The notes beneath the pieces were generated by a model that was not told the origin of the DNA, did not search any database, and saw only the letters and a program-made list of their open reading frames with translations. 60,740 nt of DNA from contig JAUWHX010000013.1 in the NCBI GenBank assembly GCA_030605695.1, positions 1-60,740 of the forward strand. Direction: 5' to 3'. A program made the position numbers and the translations under genes. This document shows, in pieces, positions 1 through 9,046 of this stretch (position 1 is the stretch's first letter; each line of letters begins with the position of its first letter). Source of the stretch: a bacterium (GTDB taxonomy: Bacteria > Hydrothermota > UBA3073 > JACQXS01).

Positions 1-415
1 TCATCTCCCGGAAGTTCAACAAGAGTTATCTTTGGGGTCGCCTTTTCTATAAACTCGCTTATAAACTTCTTATTTCTCCTGAAGTTCGGGAGTTCAAGAA
101 GATAGAGCCAGCGAGCATGCGATGGATTCTCCAAATCCAACATAACCTCAATGGGCTCTTTTCTGACTTCATTTAAGGTTCTCAACAAGGCACTTCGCAC
201 CGAGAATGGCGAAATCCAATAGCCCTCCCATTTCTTCAGAACTATCCAATAGACAGTTGACAGTTGAGAGTTGAGAGTTGACAGTTTTTCGAACTTACGG
301 AATTCCTCAAGACTATGTGCGGCAATATACAGTTTAGTGGGGAAAACTTTTGAGATAAGCTTAAGTTTATCAAGATTCTCGGTGGTGGGGAATTCCTCAA
401 AAAAACTTATCCTCA
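1..415 (-). CDS. hypothetical protein, C-terminus cut by window edge (MRISFFEEFPTTENLDKLKLISKVF...)
   Basis: Read manually on the minus strand from ATG 413-415 to the window edge. Absent from the ORF track because no stop lies in the window. Carries an in-frame 5x7-nt array at 252-286. Confidence 0.5.
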
Positions 416-424
416 TAAAATAAC

Positions 425-456
425 GGGTAGAGGCAGGTTTCAAGCCCGCCCCTACC
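425..456 (-). terminator. imperfect GC-rich hairpin downstream of trxA, followed by a T-rich run on the minus strand
   Basis: gggtagaggcagg / cccgcccctacc arms with two mismatches. The minus strand then continues cgTTATTTTA. Arms resemble the GTAGGGG...CCCCTAC palindrome family. Confidence 0.5.
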
Positions 457-470
457 ATTTATCCTATAAA

Positions 471-791
471 CTATAATATAGCATCCAACTTCTTCTTGAA
501 CTCCTCCTCAGGCAAAGCTCCCACAAGTTGGTCAACTGGCTTACCGTCCTTAAATATAATACTCGTAGGAATACCACTTATTTGGTAAGTCCCTGCCGTT
601 TTTCTGCCTTCCTCCACATTGAGCTTGCAAACCTTAACTTTTCCCTCGTATTCCTCAGCAAGCTTCTCTACCACTGGTGCCATCATCCGACACGGCATAC
701 ACCAGGGAGCCCAAAAATCCACAAACACAGGAATCTCGGATTTAAGAACCTCTTGCTCAAAATTATCATCATTAAGCGTAATCTCATGCAT
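471..791 (-). CDS. trxA: thioredoxin
   Basis: 106 aa with WAPWCMPCR active-site motif (CMPC variant of CGPC). Overlaps the trxB stop by 8 nt. Confidence 0.93.
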   Translation of the reverse strand: MHEITLNDDNFEQEVLKSEIPVFVDFWAPWCMPCRMMAPVVEKLAEEYEGKVKVCKLNVEEGRKTAGTYQISGIPTSIIFKDGKPVDQLVGALPEEEFKKKLDAIL

Positions 792-1710
792 CTTTCCTCC
801 TTTCTATATATTTTTCTACTGCAAATGCAGCAAATGCTCCATCACTCGCCGCACTCACAATCTGAAAAAATGGTAATGGCTTACTTCTTGCATCACCAGC
901 TACAAATATACCAGGAACCGAAGTCTCCAAAAGTTCATTAGCAATTATATATCCATTGGGGTCTAAATCAACTGTTTCTCTAAGCCAATGAGTGTTGGGT
1001 TTAATACCTACATAGATAAAAACTCCTTGTGCTTTTATAACTTTGGATTCTCCTGTTTTTCTATCCTTTATAGTAACTCCTGTTACACCGGTTTCTCCAT
1101 CTATGCTAACCACCATTTGTCCGAGCAAAATCTCTGCTCTTGATTCTTTGCGAATTCTTTCCTGTAGTATCTTTTCTGCTGTTATATACTCTAAGAACTC
1201 AACGAATGTGATGCTGTTCGCAAATTTAAGCAAAAAAAGCCCCTCTTGAATTCCTGAATTCCCACATCCTACCACCACTATATCTTTGTCTCTAAATAGA
1301 GGACCGTCACACACAGCACAATAAGATACACCTCTTCCTGTGAGTTCCTTTTCTCCTGGAACCCCTAATTTTTTATGCTCAGTCCCTGTTGCAATTATTA
1401 TTGCCTGCGAGACATACTCATTAGCATTTGTCTTTACAAGCTTGTCCTCATCAGTTACCTTTATTGAAATTACTTCTTCATTTGCAAACTCCACTCCAAA
1501 TCTTTTTGCCTGTTCTTCCATCTTCTGCATAAGCTCCATACCTGAAATCCCTTCAGGAAAACCAGGATAATTTTCTATCAAGTTTATCGTTGCTGCAAGT
1601 CCTCCCGGAAGCCCTTTTTCAATAAGCAGTGTGTTAAGACCTGCTCGTGCTGCATAAATCCCAGCACTCAGCCCCGCAGGCCCTCCACCTATTATAATTA
1701 AGTCTTTCAT
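784..1710 (-). CDS. trxB: thioredoxin-disulfide reductase
   Basis: GGGPAG FAD motif, CAVCDG redox centre, GCGNSG NADPH motif, 308 aa. Confidence 0.93.
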   Translation of the reverse strand: MKDLIIIGGGPAGLSAGIYAARAGLNTLLIEKGLPGGLAATINLIENYPGFPEGISGMELMQKMEEQAKRFGVEFANEEVISIKVTDEDKLVKTNANEYVSQAIIIATGTEHKKLGVPGEKELTGRGVSYCAVCDGPLFRDKDIVVVGCGNSGIQEGLFLLKFANSITFVEFLEYITAEKILQERIRKESRAEILLGQMVVSIDGETGVTGVTIKDRKTGESKVIKAQGVFIYVGIKPNTHWLRETVDLDPNGYIIANELLETSVPGIFVAGDARSKPLPFFQIVSAASDGAFAAFAVEKYIERRKDA

Positions 1711-1719
1711 AAGTTTATA

Positions 1720-1775
1720 GGGTAGATGAGAGCCTCTGCTCTCATCAGAGTTGAAGCAGAGACTTCAACCTACCC
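1720..1775. repeat. Y-shaped nested palindromic element
   Basis: Outer stem GGGTAG/CTACCC encloses two perfect hairpins: atgagagc-ctct-gctctcat (1726-1745) and gttgaag-cagaga-cttcaac (1750-1769). Confidence 0.6.
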
Positions 1776-1790
1776 GTTGTTTTGAACTTT

Positions 1791-2789
1791 TCAAGTTTTT
1801 CGTTTCCTTAGTAGCCATATAAAAAATGGAACGCCAAAGAGTGCAGTTATCACTCCGACTGGCAATTCAAATGCTAATATATTTCGTGCAACAATATCTG
1901 CCACAAGAATAAGTGTTACTCCGACCAATGGACTAAACAAAAGAAGCACTCTATGGTCTGGTCCCACAATTCTTCTTGTAATATGAGGCACCATAAGTCC
2001 AATAAATCCAATTGCTCCACAAAAGGAGACACAAAGTCCAACAAGAATAGAACTGTTAATAAATATCTCTTTTTTTAAATGCTCCACATCTACCCCTAAT
2101 GTCAATGCCTCTTCTTCTCCAAGTGCAAGAATATTTAGCTCTCTTGCTCTTCGCATAATCAATCCTGAAACCAAAATCCCTATCCCAAAAACAACCCAGA
2201 ATACCCGAAAGCTCATAGCTCCAAAAATCATTCCAAGATGTCCCATAAGCAAGTAAATCATCTCTTGAAGGTCTCGCCCTGCAAGTGACATTACAAGCAT
2301 CACAACGGATGAGGCAAACATTCCAACTACAACACCTGAAAGCAAAAGTGTATCCTTTGGTATCCTTCCTCTAAATGATGCAAGCTTATAAACTGCGAAC
2401 ATACAAATAAGAGCTCCCAAAAACGCAAATGGAGAGATAGGCAATTTCAGAAGAACAGCTAACACCGCTCCCATACAAGCTCCTCCTGATATACCAAGAA
2501 TATATGGGTCTGCAAGTGGGTTCTGAAGTATTCCTTGCAAACTTGCTCCTGATATACTAAGTGAAATTCCAGCAAATATACCAAGAAGCAATCTTGGAAG
2601 CCGTATGCCAAAAATCACTTCTCGTGGAACTTGAAACCCCATTGGTCCAAGAGCTAAGGACAAAAAGCAAACACCTAAAAAAATAATGACCAAACTAAAA
2701 GTCTTTATTAAAGTTATGGGTTTACTCATTGAATTAGACAAGTCAGCATATACTTCCTCATAATTCCTCCTTATGGCTTTAAGTACCAC
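1791..2789 (-). CDS. FecCD/BtuC-family ABC transporter permease (iron-siderophore/B12 type); no ATPase or binding protein adjacent
   Basis: 332 aa polytopic protein with typical C-terminal ELPVGVITALFGVPFFIWLL region. Start may be the internal MSKPITL (about 2729). Confidence 0.8.
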   Translation of the reverse strand: MVLKAIRRNYEEVYADLSNSMSKPITLIKTFSLVIIFLGVCFLSLALGPMGFQVPREVIFGIRLPRLLLGIFAGISLSISGASLQGILQNPLADPYILGISGGACMGAVLAVLLKLPISPFAFLGALICMFAVYKLASFRGRIPKDTLLLSGVVVGMFASSVVMLVMSLAGRDLQEMIYLLMGHLGMIFGAMSFRVFWVVFGIGILVSGLIMRRARELNILALGEEEALTLGVDVEHLKKEIFINSSILVGLCVSFCGAIGFIGLMVPHITRRIVGPDHRVLLLFSPLVGVTLILVADIVARNILAFELPVGVITALFGVPFFIWLLRKRKT

Positions 2790-3643
2790 TTGTTAGTACC
2801 ATCTCTTTCAATAATAAAATAGCCATCTTTATCGTAACCTACAAAATACTCTCCATCTGGAGACCATTTAAAAGTGCCTCCAGTATTTATATCCAATGTA
2901 TCCACATTGTCTGTGCTTAAAGAAATAAGTCTTACCTTTCCGTTTAATCCATTGCCTATACCTATAGTATCTATTGCATCGCTCCAATCTGGAGACAATA
3001 CACGAGACAAAGTATAGTCCTTTATCAAGGCGCCCGACGTGTCTACAATTTTAGGCCCTGAGGAGTACACTATCTTTCCTCCATCGGGAGACCAGGCAGG
3101 ACTGCTACCATCTGAAACTATTTTATGGTCTTCACTTCCATCACTATTCATAATCCATAATCCTTGGTCAGGTTTTTGATAAACAAGTTTAGAAGCATCA
3201 AGTGAAAAATCAGGGTCTCGCCCGGAGCCAATTTCTTTTTTATTTGTTCCATCTCGCTTAATTACATACATCACAGGATAATGCTCTCCACGATTCCAAT
3301 CTTCTATACTAAATACTATCCAATCACCCGCACTTGATGAGCTAATTCCACCCAACTGAGGACCATAATCAAATGTATTTTCTTTAATTGTAGCAATTTT
3401 CTTAAGTCCTGAACCATCATTATTTATCTCATAAACTGTTATTTTTTCATTGCCTCCTGCTTGAGCATTACCTGTTATTGTCTTCTTTATTTTCTGCACA
3501 TGATAATGTTCTAAAAACACAATTTTCCCATCGGATGTCCAGTTAGGTGCTTGCCATACTGTGATTTTATCTTCCCACTGTTTTTGACAATTGCAACCAA
3601 ATAACATAGAAATCACAAGTGTACTTAGAAGAACCTTTTTCAT
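2771..3643 (-). CDS. TolB-like PD40 beta-propeller lipoprotein
   Basis: Lipobox LFGC, repeated WSPDG-type PD40 motifs, GGAGG RBS upstream. Confidence 0.65.
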   Translation of the reverse strand: MKKVLLSTLVISMLFGCNCQKQWEDKITVWQAPNWTSDGKIVFLEHYHVQKIKKTITGNAQAGGNEKITVYEINNDGSGLKKIATIKENTFDYGPQLGGISSSSAGDWIVFSIEDWNRGEHYPVMYVIKRDGTNKKEIGSGRDPDFSLDASKLVYQKPDQGLWIMNSDGSEDHKIVSDGSSPAWSPDGGKIVYSSGPKIVDTSGALIKDYTLSRVLSPDWSDAIDTIGIGNGLNGKVRLISLSTDNVDTLDINTGGTFKWSPDGEYFVGYDKDGYFIIERDGTNKWYLKP

Positions 3644-3668
3644 AATTTTACCTCCAATTTATTTAATA

Positions 3669-3697
3669 TGTGTCTATCTGCGTTCATCTGCGGTTAA
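3669..3697 (-). repeat. 29-nt intergenic motif TTAACCGCAGATGAACGCAGATAGACACA (copy 1 of 3)
   Basis: Near-identical copies at 15092-15120 and 23179-23207. Each lies just 3' of a stop codon, in the same orientation as the upstream gene. Confidence 0.7.
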
Positions 3698-3727
3698 TAC
3701 ATTGTTTGGAATTTGACATTCCTTATT

Positions 3728-4672
3728 CTAATGTCTAAAGTGTCTTGTGTGGGTGAGTATCATTGCAACTCCCTGCTCATTGCAAGCATCTATTACTTCC
3801 TGGTCTCTTATAGAGCCACCCGGCTGAACTATTGCCTGTATTCTTTCTTTTGCCGCAAGGTCAACCGAGTCTCTAAATGGAATAAACGCATCAGATGCTA
3901 TTACTTTTGGATTCTTCTCAAGAAGCCCGAAATCCTTCATATTCTTGAATGCAATCTCAAGTGACCCCACTCTATTAGGTTGCCCACAACCCATACCAAG
4001 TGTCATTTGGTCTGTGGTAATACACATTGCATTTGACTTCACAAACTTCACAACTCGGAACCCAAATTCCATCGCCTTGCGTTCCTTCTCTGATGGCTTT
4101 CTTTGAGTTACAACTTCCCATTTGGAGAAATCAGTTGGCTCAATATCACTGTCTTGCAATAATATTCCTCCATTTATCCATCTTAATGTGCGATGTGAAA
4201 GCTCTTTTTCCATAGGAAGTTGCAATACTACTACTTTCTTCTTTTTTGCCAATAATTCTTTTGCCTCGGGAGTATAACCTGGTGCAATTATTGCACTTAT
4301 GAATATTTTAGCAATCTCCTCTGCGGTAGCACTGTCCACCTCTCTATTGAATCCAACAATCCCTCCAAATGGAGAAACAGGGTCTCCAAGATACGCATTT
4401 TTATATGCCTCAACTATGTTATCATTTATGGCAATACCGCAAGGCGTAGCATGCTTCAAGATACAACAACAGGGTTCATCAAAACTCCGAATCACACTCA
4501 AAGTAGCATCAAGGTCAAAGAAATTATTAAATGAAATCTCCTGTCCTTGTAATTTCTTAGCATCAAGCAAAGAGAGCCCATTATATCCTATTTCTTTATA
4601 AACACCTGCACTCTGATGAGGGTTCTCACCATATCTCAAATCCATTACTTTTTCATAATTTAATTTCAACAT
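3728..4672 (-). CDS. purH: AICAR transformylase domain of PurH, encoded as a separate ORF
   Basis: MDLRYGENPHQ motif, 314 aa, own GGAGGAAAA-ATG ribosome-binding site. Confidence 0.88.
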   Translation of the reverse strand: MLKLNYEKVMDLRYGENPHQSAGVYKEIGYNGLSLLDAKKLQGQEISFNNFFDLDATLSVIRSFDEPCCCILKHATPCGIAINDNIVEAYKNAYLGDPVSPFGGIVGFNREVDSATAEEIAKIFISAIIAPGYTPEAKELLAKKKKVVVLQLPMEKELSHRTLRWINGGILLQDSDIEPTDFSKWEVVTQRKPSEKERKAMEFGFRVVKFVKSNAMCITTDQMTLGMGCGQPNRVGSLEIAFKNMKDFGLLEKNPKVIASDAFIPFRDSVDLAAKERIQAIVQPGGSIRDQEVIDACNEQGVAMILTHTRHFRH

Positions 4673-4696
4673 TTTTCCTCCAGCGTTGTATGGAAG

Positions 4697-5251
4697 TTAT
4701 TTCCCAGCAGTAAAGAAACTAACTATGCTTTCGTCAAATGAACTGGTTAATTTAAATGCTTCTTTTGCAAACTCAAACCTTGTTTGCTCTGAAATTTCGC
4801 CTTTCTTCTCAAACTCCTCAATAACTCTCTCATATTGCTCAGGATTAGTGATGCAAGTTACATATTTATAGTTCTTGGCAGTCGCCCGAATAAGAGTAAC
4901 TCCTCCTATATCAATGGTTTCAATTCCCGGAGAGTCCTTAAATGGATAAAGATTGCAAACAACAATATCAATCAGAGGAATATCAAGTTCTTTAAGTTCC
5001 TCCAGATGTTCTTCTATTCCTCTATTTGCAAGGATAGCACCAAGAATTTTAGGATGCAAAGTCTTTACCCTTCCTCCAAGAATTTCAGGAAACCCAGTAA
5101 CCTCTGACACAGTTTTACATTCTACTCCTTTGGATTTCAGGAATTTTTGAGTCCCAGAACTCGCGATAATTTGAAACCCAAATTCAGAGATTTTCCTGGC
5201 AAACTCTAAAATTCCAGTGCGGTCTGAAACACTGATAAGAGCATATTTCAT
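4697..5251 (-). CDS. purH: IMP cyclohydrolase (MGS-like) domain of PurH, encoded as a separate ORF
   Basis: 184 aa N-terminal PurH-like sequence ending in TAA. Same frame as the downstream ORF, 8 codons before its ATG. Confidence 0.85.
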   Translation of the reverse strand: MKYALISVSDRTGILEFARKISEFGFQIIASSGTQKFLKSKGVECKTVSEVTGFPEILGGRVKTLHPKILGAILANRGIEEHLEELKELDIPLIDIVVCNLYPFKDSPGIETIDIGGVTLIRATAKNYKYVTCITNPEQYERVIEEFEKKGEISEQTRFEFAKEAFKLTSSFDESIVSFFTAGK

Positions 5252-5322
5252 TGTAAAATATCTTCTCGTAAAATTTGCAACTTGTCAAGTCTAAAAGCAA
5301 TTTTATATTCGGACATACAGAG

Positions 5323-5420
5323 AATTAGAAATTTATGGAAATTAGTAGAAATTTAGTAGAAATTACTCTCTTGCTCCTACAAATTTCTATTAGTTTCTAC
5401 AAGTTTCTATCAATTTCTAT
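5323..5420. repeat. long imperfect inverted repeat built from TAGAAAT/ATTTCTA words (hairpin family A, copy 1)
   Basis: Left arm 5323-5365 and right arm 5378-5420. A related copy lies at 31123-31209, sharing tatggaaatt.gtagaaatt ... gctacaaatttctatta.tttcta. Confidence 0.7.
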
Positions 5421-6917
5421 CTATCTCAACTTTACAATCTTTGTTGGTTTACATCCCTGTGCTTTCAGAAAATAAATACCAGCTTTTAAGGTCTTACCAA
5501 TAGTTATTGGATTTTGATTTATCAGGTAACTTGAGATAAGTCTGCCAGAAAGGTCATAAATCTGGATACTTGCTTTCCTGGTAGCTTGTTCGCAGAATCC
5601 GTTGGAATAGCTCAATAGCTTTATAGCTGTCTTCTGAGTGAATGGATTAGGATATACCTCTACTTGCAACTTGTGACTTGTTACTTGTGGCTTGTGTTCT
5701 TCTATTCCAAAGTCCAATGGCTCACTCAAAAAGGGCTCATAATACACTATCCCCCTTGTAGAATCATCATAAAAGTCCCAGATTTTCATATCAATAGTAT
5801 CATTACTCGCTGTCCCCCAGTAATTATTCCGAGCATCTATATCAAAAGAAAAATTATTATACACGACGTAACCAATAGCATAAATGTTATTACTGTCAAT
5901 AAGTGCACTATCCGAACTTGTACCTATGTATATCGCAGATTCTGTTGTATCAGTTATAGTATTATACTTAATTGTAGGTGTACCATCATTACTATAGATG
6001 CTACCACCATAGTCAGCAGAGTTACCTGTAATTGTATTACTGGTTATTGTGGATGAACCATTACTATAGATACTACCACCACGATAATCTGCAGAGTTGC
6101 CGGTGATAGTATTGCCGATTATTGTAGCTGAACCAGAACTACAGATGCCACCACCATAGTCAGCAGAGTTACTTGTAATTGTATTATCGGTTATTGTGGG
6201 GAACCCACGAGTACAGATGCCACCACCATAAGAACTACCACCACCAGAATTTGCAGAGTTGCCGGTGATGGTGTTACCAGTTATTATAGGTGAACCAAGA
6301 AAACTCTTGATGCCACCGCCACCCCAATAAGCTGAGTTGTCTGCAATAGTATTGCCAGTTATTGTAGGTGAACTATAATAACTATTGATACCACCACCCC
6401 ACTCAGCATAGTTTCCTGTGATGATATTTCCAGTAATCATGAGTGAACCATAACTAAGAATGCCACCACCAAAATTAGCAGAGTTGTTAGAGATGATATT
6501 ATATTCTATCACCAGTAAGCTTGCAGTAGAATCAAATATAGCAGATTTTCCGGCATACTCAATTCTACAATAACATAGACTACCAGCAGATGCGTCTTTA
6601 AACCAGAGCCGAGACCATCTTTTTGTGGTATCCAGAGCACTTATCAGGATTGAATCACTCTCAATCCCAAGAGCATTTAGAGTTCCATATATCATTATAT
6701 ATTTCATTGAGTCCAGCCGAACCTCCACCCCGGGCTCAATTGTCAGGATAACCAACGAATCCACATATACATTTTCCTCAACAACATAAGGGCTGTTAGC
6801 TTTTGTCCACGCGGTATCTGATGTAATATGCCCACTCACATAAGTAGTATCTGCATATACCACGCTATGCGAGATGTTACCAATTATAGCAAACACTACA
6901 AACATAAATTGCTTCAT
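5421..6917 (-). CDS. secreted right-handed beta-helix repeat protein with T9SS C-terminal sorting domain
   Basis: Signal peptide, many ITGNTITGNSA repeats, C-terminal YPNPF...IYDLSGR...GIYFLK motif, AGGAGG RBS. Confidence 0.8.
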   Translation of the reverse strand: MKQFMFVVFAIIGNISHSVVYADTTYVSGHITSDTAWTKANSPYVVEENVYVDSLVILTIEPGVEVRLDSMKYIMIYGTLNALGIESDSILISALDTTKRWSRLWFKDASAGSLCYCRIEYAGKSAIFDSTASLLVIEYNIISNNSANFGGGILSYGSLMITGNIITGNYAEWGGGINSYYSSPTITGNTIADNSAYWGGGGIKSFLGSPIITGNTITGNSANSGGGSSYGGGICTRGFPTITDNTITSNSADYGGGICSSGSATIIGNTITGNSADYRGGSIYSNGSSTITSNTITGNSADYGGSIYSNDGTPTIKYNTITDTTESAIYIGTSSDSALIDSNNIYAIGYVVYNNFSFDIDARNNYWGTASNDTIDMKIWDFYDDSTRGIVYYEPFLSEPLDFGIEEHKPQVTSHKLQVEVYPNPFTQKTAIKLLSYSNGFCEQATRKASIQIYDLSGRLISSYLINQNPITIGKTLKAGIYFLKAQGCKPTKIVKLR

Positions 6918-6921
6918 AATA

Positions 6922-7590
6922 TTACCTCCTTTTGTTTTTCAAACTTGATAAATATATTAGCTCTAATTCTTTTGAATTAATTGCATCCTCTCCCCCATTC
7001 CTCAAACATTCAAGTGCAAGAGAAGCAATCCATACTCCTCTTGGAGAATCTGGATTTGGAGAGATAAAGTGTGCTCGCTTGCCAAGTTTTTTCTGTATCA
7101 AATCCCGGTAAATCTTTACTCCATTTCCCACAAATATATGTTCACCTTTAAGATTTTCAAGAAACTCCTCTATATCCACTGCCAAATAAGAAGTAATCCT
7201 CTTTCCATCTGGCTCATAACTTGCAGTATAAACATTCCCACTCCTGGCATCTAAAATAGGAGTAATCTTGTGTTGTGCAAAAGGAATACCAACAACAAAA
7301 GCATCAAGAGTCGGGACTCCAATAACTGGCTTCTTAAACCCCATTCCAAGTCCTTTTGCAGTAGCCAGCCCTACTCTGAGTCCAGTAAAAGACCCAGGAC
7401 CTATACTTACACCAATCCCATCAATCTCCTCAGGATTCGGCACTCGTTTTCTTATTATCTCAATAATATTTTCACTCTCAGGAACACCTGAATTTATATA
7501 ATAATCAAAAAACACTCTATCATTGACTGTTGACTCTATAACACCTATTCCTAATGCGAAAGTTGAAGTCTCAATACCCAATATTCTCAT
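6922..7590 (-). CDS. tsaB: tRNA t6A37 biosynthesis protein TsaB
   Basis: MRILGIETST start. The track ORF extends to 7665 through intergenic repeat words, so I chose the internal Met26. Confidence 0.8.
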   Translation of the reverse strand: MRILGIETSTFALGIGVIESTVNDRVFFDYYINSGVPESENIIEIIRKRVPNPEEIDGIGVSIGPGSFTGLRVGLATAKGLGMGFKKPVIGVPTLDAFVVGIPFAQHKITPILDARSGNVYTASYEPDGKRITSYLAVDIEEFLENLKGEHIFVGNGVKIYRDLIQKKLGKRAHFISPNPDSPRGVWIASLALECLRNGGEDAINSKELELIYLSSLKNKRR

Positions 7591-7648
7591 TGCTTTCAAG
7601 TCAAAAAACGAGCTTCGTGGTAATGGTTCGTGTCCGTAACAGTCTTTT

Positions 7649-8089
7649 CTACAACCACGAACCACAGTTACGGTTCACGAGTATTTCTCTTGTATTCTCA
7701 CTCAATACTTTAAGTTCAATGCGGATAGAATTTTCAGGGAGTAATCCTTTTGCCTTTTCCGCCCACTCTATAACACATACACCTTGTCCATAGGATTCTC
7801 CGAAAGAGCCAAAAAACTCCTGAATCCCAAGAGCCGTGATATCATTCAAATTATTTACTCTATATAAGTCTATATGATAAATAGGGAATTTACCTTTATA
7901 TTCATGCATAAAGACAAAACTTGGGCTCTTAACTTGCTCCTTGCATTCCAACCCTTTTGCAATTCCTTTTACAAGGACAGTCTTTCCTGCTCCAAAATCT
8001 CCATACAAAGCTATAATATCCCCTTTTTTAAATTTCTTGCCGAGTTGTTCCCCAATTTTCTTTGTTTCTTCTTCACTGTTGGAAATCAT
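7649..8089 (-). CDS. tsaE: tRNA t6A37 biosynthesis ATPase TsaE
   Basis: GDFGAGKT P-loop, 146 aa. The last ~10 codons (LVNRNCGSWL) run into heptamer-word repeats. Confidence 0.85.
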   Translation of the reverse strand: MISNSEEETKKIGEQLGKKFKKGDIIALYGDFGAGKTVLVKGIAKGLECKEQVKSPSFVFMHEYKGKFPIYHIDLYRVNNLNDITALGIQEFFGSFGESYGQGVCVIEWAEKAKGLLPENSIRIELKVLSENTREILVNRNCGSWL

Positions 8090-8123
8090 ATTTTTAACAT
8101 ACCGATGTTTCCGAGAAAATCAA
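8087..8123 (-). promoter_or_regulatory. putative leaderless sigma70-type promoter of tsaE
   Basis: TTGATT(8118-8123)-16-TATGTT(8096-8101)-6-ATG. Confidence 0.45.
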
Positions 8124-8245
8124 GAAAAAAGATTCACTGCAGAGAACACAGAGTTTACAGAGAATTGAAAAATTTAAGATTTAAAGATTGCAGATTGCTA
8201 TTGTGGGGGGGGTGAGTTCAAGGGTTCAAGGGAATTGAGAAATTA

Positions 8246-9046
8246 TTACTTTATTGCATCTCTTAAAAGCTGAACGCCTGAAGAATCACCCAATAACATA
8301 AGAGAATGAGCGGCTTCAACTCTTACTTTCCAGCTTTTATCAAATAAACTTTCTTTTAAAATAGAGATAGCCGAAGAGTCGTCTATCTCACCAAGGGCTC
8401 TTGCAGCAGCAGCTCGAACATTAGAATTATCATTTTTTAAAGCATCTTTTAAAAGAGGAACAAATCTTTTATCCTTAAGCCCTCCAAGAGCTTCAATTGC
8501 AATCTTTTTTTCTTGAATATCAGCAGATAAAACACCATTCTTTAGTGTCCTGCGTGCAACTTGTTCTGGAGCACTTACATAAATACACCACCCAATCGTA
8601 CCTATTACTACAATTGCCCCTATGATTATCCACAATATTTTCATACCCTTTCGAGACTTATGAAGCATACTCCTTGCTTGAACAAGCTTAGGATTAATTT
8701 CCTCGGTAAGGCGAGGATTAAGTTTTATCACTTCTTCATATATATGGACGGCTTCGCTCCATTTGCAAGCAATAATAGCTTCTTCCCCCTCATTTATTTT
8801 ATCAATGATTACTTGCTCTTTGGAAGTTACACGTTCAAGATGTTCAAGAATCTTGTCCTGAGGCACCGGAAGTTCAAGTGCACGTTTATATTCTTCGGAT
8901 GCTTTTGCATATTCAAATTGGGCTTCAAATTCAAGCCCATTTTTTATAAATTCATTTACTTTCTCATACTCTTTGATATCCACACCACAGTTTCCACAAT
9001 AAGTCCAATCTTCTAATATATCGATTCCACAATAGAGGCACTTCAT
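8246..9046 (-). CDS. zinc-ribbon / coiled-coil / single-TM / HEAT-repeat protein
   Basis: N-terminal CxxC...CxxC ribbon (MKCLYCG...YCGNCG), one TM (ILWIIIGAIVVIGTIGW), C-terminal PBS-lyase-type HEAT repeats. Confidence 0.7.
   Translation of the reverse strand: MKCLYCGIDILEDWTYCGNCGVDIKEYEKVNEFIKNGLEFEAQFEYAKASEEYKRALELPVPQDKILEHLERVTSKEQVIIDKINEGEEAIIACKWSEAVHIYEEVIKLNPRLTEEINPKLVQARSMLHKSRKGMKILWIIIGAIVVIGTIGWCIYVSAPEQVARRTLKNGVLSADIQEKKIAIEALGGLKDKRFVPLLKDALKNDNSNVRAAAARALGEIDDSSAISILKESLFDKSWKVRVEAAHSLMLLGDSSGVQLLRDAIK

Noticed and set aside
1720-1775. Y-shaped fold considered as a tRNA or tRNA-like gene.
   Set aside because: It is only 56 nt with two arms, and it lacks T-loop GTTCRANNC and D-loop signatures. 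No tRNA-like sequence was seen anywhere else in the window either.
4673-4699. purH interruption as a frameshift pseudogene or recoding (readthrough or selenocysteine) site.
   Set aside because: Both halves are in the same frame, so there is no frameshift. The stop is TAA, not UGA. A strong GGAGG plus ATG follows at once, so two separate polypeptides is the simplest reading.
5252-5288. Leaderless promoter for the purH N-terminal ORF (TTGACA at 5283-5288, 31 nt before the ATG).
   Set aside because: The -35 to start distance fits the pattern, but I could not find an acceptable -10 hexamer at 16-18 nt spacing. The best candidate is GATATT at 20 nt, so it is left unannotated.
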